Positions 56,296 to 64,000 of a DNA stretch of 64,000 bases are shown piece after piece; within the stretch, counting starts at the first letter, position 1; the number at the start of each line of letters is the position of its first letter. The stretch comes from Utricularia gibba (taxonomy: Eukaryota > Plantae > Magnoliophyta): NCBI GenBank assembly GCA_002189035.1, contig NEEC01000007.1:1798001-1862000 (forward strand), written 5' to 3'. The notes under the pieces were generated by a model, which searched no databases, was not told where the DNA came from, and saw only the letters and a program-made list of their open reading frames with translations. The position numbers were made by a program, and so were the translations under genes.

Positions 56296-58772
56296 ATGGC
56301 TTCAGCGGGCATGGCTTCAAACTCTTCATTGAAAGAGTCATATAGCCATGCCATAGGGGCTGAAGACTTATTAGAAGATATGAATAATATGAAACTACAG
56401 GAAGAACAGGTACATATTTCAGCTTTCAGACATTTTACCATTCAAATGAAACAGATTTGAAGGGGGGGACATCCAGTGAGACTGCTTTCCATCTGCAGGA
56501 AATGGAAGCAGCGATAGTAGATGGCAATGGAACTGAGATAGGTCATGTCATCGTGACAACTGTTGGTGGCCAAAATGGCCTGCCAAACAAGGTGATTCAC
56601 AATCTTGCATGGAAATTGGACGTTTTCTTTGTAAAAATGAAAAAATTTTCGATAAATTTTGAATCAATATAATTGGAGTCAAAGATGGAAAATTTGGGTG
56701 CACATATAAACTCCCACAGCTTTTTATTGAAGATGTCATATAGCTCGATGTTGGTGTATTCAAATTCCTACATGGTTTACTTTCAGACGATCAGCTACAT
56801 GGTTGAACGCATAGTTGGACGTGGATCATTTGGAGTTGTGTTCCAAGTCAGCATTTATTTCATGTTACATACGAAAAGAATGCAAATGTGCAACTTCAGT
56901 ACATGCTAAATATAGCTCCTTTTCTCATCCAGGCTAAGTGCTTGGAGAATGGGGAAACAGTAGCAATAAAAAAAGTCCTTCAGGATAGGAGATACAAGAA
57001 TAGAGAGTTGCAGATTATGCGTCTTCTTCATCATCCTAATATTGTTTCACTTAAAAATTGTTTCGTCTCCAAAACGGGAAGGGATGAACTCTATCTCAAC
57101 TTGGTACTTGAATATGTGCATGACACTGTTCACCGTGTTGTCAAACATTATAACAGGTTGAACCAGAGGATGCCTTTGATATATGTAAAGCTGTACGCTT
57201 ACCAGGTATATTTGCAACTCTTACTATAAACCCACGAGATTTGAGTGCTTTCATGATGGTTTAATGGACCTTTTACTTTCCCTGAGGTGCAATTCAACTT
57301 TTCCTGGAGATTTTGATTTTATTAACAATCTAACTAACTCGATATTTGCAGATCTTCCGAGCATTGTCATATATCCATCGTGGAGTTGGAATCTGTCACA
57401 GGGATATAAAACCCCAAAATATTCTGGTACATCTAGCATTATTTGCAAGTGAACATTTCATTCTTCTCTTTGATGATCCGCATGTCATGCCCAAATCTAT
57501 TCATTCTCCACATTTTTTAGATTTCAGGTGATGCAATATTTTTTTTACAGTTTTTGCACATATGGATTTATGCTGTCACCCAAAATGCCAAATATTACTG
57601 GGATTTCATGCTTTGAATTAGCCTTGTTCTATCTCTCTTTGTTGACATATTTGAACTGTTTGCTCCAAATATTGTTATAGATCAACCCTCACACCCACCA
57701 AGTCAAACTCTGTGACTTCGGAAGTGCAAAGGTTTTGGTAAGAAAATAGTCATGAAATCAAGATTGTGAGAGCGAATTTCACCGGCTAATTATGCGTCTC
57801 CACTTGTTTTCAGGTCGAGGGCGAGCCAAACATATCCTATATTTGCTCTAGATACTACAGAGCTCCTGAGCTCATCTTTGGAGCGACAGAGTATACTACG
57901 AGCATTGACGTTTGGTCAGGTGGATGCGTGCTTGCTGAGATGCTACTTGGACAGGTGCTTTACCATTTCACAGTAAGCTCTTTCAGACAGAGTGGCTTCT
58001 TGATCCTTGGCTTGCATATTACTCTCAGCCTTTGTTTCCGGGTGCGAATGGAGTAGACCAGCTTGTGGAGATCATCAAGGTTCTTTCTCCCTTCTTACTG
58101 CAGAAAACATGCGTTCAGCTTCAATGGATTCCATGACATGAGTCATAACTACACTCTATTTCCTCCTCCTGTCTCAGGTTCTGGGCACCCCAACACGGGA
58201 GGAAATAAGGTGCATGAATCCTACCTACAATGAGGCCAAGTTTCCTCAAATCAAAGCTCGTCCCTGGCACAAGGTGCTTCTTCTCTAGCAAGTTTATTCA
58301 TCTGGTTCTCACCATTCACTAGCCATTTCCTTATTCACCAGATCTTCCATAAACGCATGCCTTCCGAAGCAGTAGACCTGATTTCAAGACTGCTTCAGTA
58401 TTCTCCTAGCCTGCGTTGCTCAGCAGTGAGTCATCTAACCCCACATTTCTGATCAGCACGCAGAGCATTCAGTAGTTTCATGTTTTGGATTCCATTGCAG
58501 CTAGACGCCTTGACTCACCCCTTCTTCAACGAACTGCGCGACCCGACCGCTCGTCTTCCGAATGGTCGGCTGCTCCCCCCGCTGTTCAACTTCAAACCTC
58601 AAGGTAACAACAACCACCATCTACAATCCTCAGAGTTTTGAGTTTCTCAGAGCAGTAACCAGTCTTGGATGCTGCTGTTCTGCCTTCAGAGCTGAAGGGT
58701 GCGTCTCCTGATACGGTGGCAAAGCTGATCCCGGAGCATGCTCGAAAACAGTGCCCCTTCCTTGACCTGTGA
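56296..58772 (+). CDS. Shaggy-related / GSK3-like kinase (group I, ASK alpha/epsilon-like)
   Basis: [47 protein letters not shown], end [12 protein letters not shown]. Confidence 0.95.
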
Positions 58773-59315
58773 CCGCTCCTCCATTCCCTTGAAGACTCCA
58801 GTTCTCTTCCCCTGTTCTGCTGCTTTCCAATTGTAACCCCTGGGAACGCACTTCTCTTGTCTCTGTGCTTTGCTCATCTTGGATTTATATACTCTCCGGT
58901 ATAGTGAACCTCAACCACCAACACTATCGAATTCTTGGTTAATCCTGCAAATTTCACATTGATTTAATAATTTTGATGTAGTAAAAATGTTTGAAAATTT
59001 TGAATAATTATTTTTATTATTGGTAATACTTTTTACAATGATTTGTATTGAATTTAATTCAAAACTATACATGAAACTAAAGAATGGATTGAATATGATT
59101 TTAAAAACAATTGGGGATAAGGAAATGAAATAAAAAAAAACATGGACCTTTTACATAAACTTTTCTTTCATTAAAAAACGTAAAATAATGAAAAATTAAA
59201 TTCGTGCTAAAATATAATGAAGATATTTAGTTAATTTTATCTATTTAGTATCTACAAATCTATTTTCAAAATTATAACCCAAGAATTATAAAAGATGATG
59301 TTCTTTAAATAGAAA

Positions 59316-59335
59316 ATATATATATATATATATAT
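59316..59335. repeat. (AT)10 microsatellite
   Basis: Direct reading of the sequence. Confidence 0.9.
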
Positions 59336-59532
59336 AAAAAAGCATTATAAACCACATGACGGACCACGTCCCTTATTTATTAGACAGACAAACAAGAAGG
59401 CGCAGGAGTACAATACAGCAATAATCAAACAGCAGCAATGCAAGGGAACAGATGGCGGCGCTGGTCCGAATGAAGGAACTTCATTTGAAGGGGCTTTTTA
59501 GGCATCCTTGACTTCCACGGTCGCACCGGTCT

Positions 59533-60156
59533 TCACATCTCCCGCCGCCGGGGATCGGACACTTCCGCATCCTCATCGTCCTCTTCACCGACGTCCGCCT
59601 CGATCTCGATCGGCGCCGAGACGTTCTCCTTCCCCTCCTCCAGTTGAAAGGCCTCCACCGGAAACGAGCGCCACAAGCCGCTGAGAGCCCTGAAGTTGAT
59701 GTTTCCGGTGGGTGGATCATCGAGATCGATCTGTCGGATGCTGACCCAGAGGAGGAGCTCCTTGGCCTTCACCCCCGTCAGCTTCTTGATCTTCCCCGGC
59801 TCCACGTACGCCGTGATCTCCCTGATGCATGAGTTCAGATAAGAAACCTGTACAGGTATGGTAGAGATCTGATTGCGCAATCCTTTTCAGATGAAATCTA
59901 AGCACCTGGCGTATTGGACGAGTCTATCGATTTTGTCGAACCGGTGCTGCGATTTCTCCTTCTGGATGAGCCACACGAATCCGGTCTCCTTGATGTACCC
60001 GGTTTCCTCAATGTCCTTCAGGGGGAGGAGCCCGTTCGGGAGCCCCACTTCAGAGAGGAGGAACTGGGATTTCTCCTTGCCGATGGCGTCGCCGTGGTAG
60101 AGCTCGTCGGCGGCGGCCCTGATCTCATCGGTAATCTTGGACTTGAAGTTTGCCAT
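59533..60156 (-). CDS. DUF538 (SVB-like) protein; exons 60156-59906, 59821-59533
   Basis: LLSEVGLPNGLLPL, GFVWLIQK, YAR|EITAYVEPGKIKKLTGVKAKELLLWV, RSFPVEAF. Confidence 0.92.
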
Positions 60157-60222
60157 ATTACCGATGGTGGTGAGGACGGAGCAGACGACGCAGTGTTTAT
60201 ATAGAGAGAGATTTTAGAGTCG

Positions 60223-60247
60223 TTTTCTTTTCTTTTCTTTTCTTTTC
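60223..60247. repeat. (TTTTC)5 repeat in the DUF538 promoter region
   Basis: Direct reading of the sequence. Confidence 0.85.
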
Positions 60248-61381
60248 TTTTTTTTTTAAAAGTTTTTTAACTTCCACCAATAATCCAATCTAATTAATTA
60301 TTTTGCATTTATAAAATAAATCATATAGGAAATTACATTTTTCATTTAATTTATAATTAATTTTCATTTTTTCATCTCGGTGTTTTCGTACAACATAATA
60401 TATGTGCATGTAGGGTAATGCCAGGGTACTCTTTTTTTTTTTTTTTCTAAGTTCATGACATTCAATGAGACCACGTAACCGTACAATCACTAACAAAAAT
60501 GTCGCAGACAACTTTCGTGGATTTTATTTTATTCATTTTTTTTCCTAATTAGATCTAGAAATAAGATATTCAAACTATTGTGGGATGGAGATGTGCATTT
60601 GATAAACATTAAAATTATTTTAATTCTAAGAAAATTCTCTAAAAAAAACTACAAATGGGTCTACTTGCTTTAGAATACATGTTTTCAGAATAATAATGGA
60701 AAAACCATTTCTACAAATAGTTTTGAAAAAAAATAATTAAAATATTATACAACATGAATTTGAAAAAAAAAACATCTATCAAATAAACCTAATTTTTAAT
60801 ACATGTGTTTGAAATGGTAAATAAACACGTAGTTCTTGTTATTTTCGTTTTATATTTTTTTATTGAGAGTAATAGTGAAAATAGCGTGGGAACACGTGGA
60901 CGGCTGAGATCCGTTGTTGGAGTATGGTGTGACTCGTAATTAATGAGTGCGGTTACACCTATGAACCAACAACAACAAATACTGCTCCATTGTTTAATAA
61001 TAATAATAATAATAAATGATGTTATTTTTCGATGGCCGAATTTTTTCTATCCCAAGGGATGGAGAGAGAGAGAGGAGAACAATAGTTGGCAATAATTCAT
61101 CATATTATTAATTAATAATATTTGTGGATGTTATTTTTTAAGTATCTTATTGTAGATAATGTAACAATTAATAATTTTTAGATATAATTTGTAAATACAG
61201 AAATTAAAAGTGGGGTTAAATATGAAATAAAGCTTGAAATTATAGCAATATTAATATTATGAAAATATTCGCCTCTTTTTTTTTGGCGAATCACCACCCT
61301 GAACTTTTAAAAATTACGAATTGCTCTACAAGGCGGATTTAGGGCTGTGTGGTGGGGTCTTGAAAGTTGCAATTTTGGGGA

Positions 61382-61555
61382 TATGGGCCGAGTATGCATA
61401 TTTGGTATGGGCCAGTGTATATTGGGTATTGAGGATATGGGCTGAGTACGTAATTTTGAGGTTTATTTCTTGATGGGCCCAGTATCAGCTGGAATGTGCC
61501 CGCCCCCCATGTGGAGAGTTCTTTGTGTCGGAAATGCAAACCCCCTAAGCCCTAA
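61382..61555 (+). promoter_or_regulatory. Cluster of four site II elements (TGGGCY) plus a telo-box-like motif
   Basis: TATGGGCC 61382, TATGGGCC 61406, TATGGGCT 61436, TGGGCC 61474; AAACCCCCTAAGCCCTAA 61538-61555 followed by a CT-rich leader. Confidence 0.65.
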
Positions 61556-61859
61556 TTCTCTTCTGTTCGATTCCTCTTCCTTGATTCTTCTACTCAGCTT
61601 CTGGATTGTTGTGTCGGAATTCATCGCGTTCGATTGTTTCTACAATAATTTACGATATCCAGGATCCTTCTGAATGGGAGATGAGACATTGCCGTTTTCG
61701 CCATGGAATTGAGCGGCTTCCTGTCGAGCCCTGGGTTTCGCGTGGCCGATTCAGGCGAGGCTGACCTTCGAAATGAGCGTGATCGTAATTTGGAACACGC
61801 AGAGCTGCAAAGATGCTTCTTTGCATGCGTACCATGGCTGAGTCCTGAGAAAGGAACCA

Positions 61860-64000
61860 ATGTCCACGGTAAGCTCCGGCGGTCGGCTGCTGTCAGGAGT
61901 GTTTAGCACAGCACAGCTCACGTCTATCATCACCACTATTCTTAGAAACTCAGCCTCCTCACCATCCTCCATTTACGCTGGACTTTCCTCGTACCTACCC
62001 TATCTCACCCCACCCATAATTCACTCTGTTCTCTCTTCACCGCTCCTCCATCGGCATCCATCAGCGCTTCTCTCTTTCCTGAACTGGGCACAAGCTCAGT
62101 CGTCTTTAGGGCGGGGTGTCACCCCTTTGCCTTTGGCGCCTCTCATCTCTTTACTCTCGTCCCTCATCCAGGCCCATAAATTTGACGATGCGAAGCGTAT
62201 ACTTCATTCACAAATTCTCTCCGAGCATCCCCAGCATCAGCTCCACCGACACCTACTCCACCCCGCTCCTCCCGTGCCACCGCCGACGAAAGTTTTTCTG
62301 GATATCTGCATTTTTTCATACTGCCGCGCCGGTTGGCCCCATCTTGGCGTGCAGATTTTCAAGAAAATGAAGCGGAACAGGATGCTGCCTAATGTGCTGA
62401 CTTTCAACACCTTGCTGACCTCCCTACTAAAGACAAGCCCGTATTCTCATTCTGTGAGTTTTTGCAAGGAGCTTTTTTGTGATGCTGTTAAGATTGGGCT
62501 TTTACCAACCGTGGTTACTTTTAATATTCTGATCAATGGATATTGTTTGGTGGGCAAGTACAAAGATGCAATGGAGTTGGTGGAAAAGATGGAGGTTGAT
62601 TTTAAATTAAAGCCAGACAATGCGACGTATAATACCATACTGACTGGTTTGTGCAAGAAGGGGAGGTTTCATGATGTCCGTAATGTGCTGTCCGATATGA
62701 AGAGCAAAGGGCTGTGTCCCAATAAAACTACATATAATATATTGGTTGATGGTTATTGTTCAATGGGGTTGTTGAAGGATGCCGCAAGTATTGTTGAGTT
62801 GATGTTTCAGAATCACATGCTGCCAGACGTTTGGACGTATAATATGCAAATCAGTGGAATGTGTAACTCTGGAAAGATTGATGAGGCATTTAGGCTGAAA
62901 GCAGAGATGGAGGAATCAAAGATGTTGCCAGATGTTGTTACTTACAACACTCTGATAAACGGGTGTTTTGAGGCAAAAAAAAGTTCCGAGGCTTTGAAGT
63001 TGGTGGATGAAATGCGAGATAAGGGTGTTCATCTTAATCAAGTGACTCATAACATCATGATTAAGTGGTATTGTAAGGAGGGAAGGATGAGTGACGCCAG
63101 TGAAGAAGTCGTGAGGATGGAAGAGGCTGGATTTTCTCCTGATTGTGTCACATACAACACCCTCATTAACAGTTTTTGTAAAGCAGGTAATATGGAAGAG
63201 GCTTTTAGAATGATGAATCAAATGGCTGCGAGGGGTTTGAAGATGGACACTGTGACACTGAATACTGCTCTTCACAATCTATGCTTAGAGAAGAAGCTTG
63301 AGGATGCCTATGAGTTGCTGAGTGCTGCAAGTAGGAGAGGATACATTGTGGATGCAGTGAGCTATGGAACTCTTATTGTTGGGTATTTCAAAGAAGAAGA
63401 TGCCGAGAAAGCTTTGAAAATTTGGGATGAGATGAAGGAAAAGGAGATAATCCCCAATCTCATTACCTATAACTCTTTGATGGGAGGGCTATGCAAACTG
63501 GGAAAGACAGATTTGGCTATAACCAAGTTCGATGAGCTCTTAGCAAATGGTTTAGTTCCTGATGAGACAACGTACAATACAATTATACATGGTTATTGCT
63601 GGGAAGGGAAAGTTGAGAGAGCATTTCATTTTCACAACGACATGATCAAAAAGTCCCAATTCCAGCCTGATACATACACTTCCAACATCCTTCTTCATGG
63701 ACTATGCAAGGAGGGCAGGTTAGATAAAGCCATCAAACTCTTCAGATCGTGGGTTGCAAGAGGCAAGAGCCTTGATGTTGTGTCGTACAACACAATAATA
63801 GCAGGATTATGCAAGGAGGGGAAGGTCGAGGAAGCCTTCGCCTTCCTTGCTGAAATGGAGGAGAAGGATATAGAGCCTGATGGTTACACTTATAACCCCA
63901 TTTTAAACGCTCTTAATGATGCTGGAAAAACCAAGGAAGCTGAGGAGCTATTGAAGAAATTTGCAAAGACTGAAACAAACCCGTCCACCGCACAGTCAGG
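61860..64000 (+). CDS. Intronless P-class PPR protein, At2g16880-like; 3' end outside the window
   Basis: Frame from ATG 61860 is in phase with the window end; KPDNATYNTILTGLCKKGRF, LPDVVTYNTLINGCF, DAVSYGTLIVGYFKEE, VPDETTYNTIIHGYC. Absent from the ORF track, presumably because it has no stop. Confidence 0.93.
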   Translation, partial: MSTVSSGGRLLSGVFSTAQLTSIITTILRNSASSPSSIYAGLSSYLPYLTPPIIHSVLSSPLLHRHPSALLSFLNWAQAQSSLGRGVTPLPLAPLISLLSSLIQAHKFDDAKRILHSQILSEHPQHQLHRHLLHPAPPVPPPTKVFLDICIFSYCRAGWPHLGVQIFKKMKRNRMLPNVLTFNTLLTSLLKTSPYSHSVSFCKELFCDAVKIGLLPTVVTFNILINGYCLVGKYKDAMELVEKMEVDFKLKPDNATYNTILTGLCKKGRFHDVRNVLSDMKSKGLCPNKTTYNILVDGYCSMGLLKDAASIVELMFQNHMLPDVWTYNMQISGMCNSGKIDEAFRLKAEMEESKMLPDVVTYNTLINGCFEAKKSSEALKLVDEMRDKGVHLNQVTHNIMIKWYCKEGRMSDASEEVVRMEEAGFSPDCVTYNTLINSFCKAGNMEEAFRMMNQMAARGLKMDTVTLNTALHNLCLEKKLEDAYELLSAASRRGYIVDAVSYGTLIVGYFKEEDAEKALKIWDEMKEKEIIPNLITYNSLMGGLCKLGKTDLAITKFDELLANGLVPDETTYNTIIHGYCWEGKVERAFHFHNDMIKKSQFQPDTYTSNILLHGLCKEGRLDKAIKLFRSWVARGKSLDVVSYNTIIAGLCKEGKVEEAFAFLAEMEEKDIEPDGYTYNPILNALNDAGKTKEAEELLKKFAKTETNPSTAQS

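Overview
Plant (eudicot) nuclear genomic DNA with 20 protein-coding loci in 64 kb, mostly short spliceosomal introns and very short intergenic gaps. No intact transposon, tRNA, rRNA or CRISPR array was seen. Gene order: SAM-domain protein (partial, -), VPS11 (-), RING-HC E3 (-), fimbrin (+), SMC1 (+), a myosin XI lacking the DIL tail (+), class-3 lipase (-), a head-to-head palindromic pair of GDSL-family genes (-/+), RZ-1 glycine-rich RNA-binding protein (-), DNL zinc finger (-), ELF6-like JmjC demethylase (-), thaumatin-like protein (+), double-ZIP transporter (+), PPR (+), CCR/PAR-like reductase (-), secreted GPI-type protein (+), shaggy/GSK3 kinase (+), DUF538 protein (-), PPR (+, runs off the end). 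The most unusual structure is the 3.1-kb GDSL palindrome. Its arms have no substitutions over the inner ~1.04 kb and 9 substitutions in the outer ~0.33 kb. Arm identity starts exactly 30 nt after a TATA-like box on each side, the catalytic GDSL serine is Gly in both copies, and the left copy has a 1-nt frameshift. Other notable features are a U12-type intron and a chimeric exon-templated insertion in SMC1, exon-derived duplications in myosin introns, a frameshift in the ZIP gene, a stop-free in-frame ZIP-PPR spacer, and an AUG-rich leader with a strong splice donor at the last PPR gene. Exon boundaries and alignments were read by eye. Homologue assignments come from recalled family sequences, not database searches.
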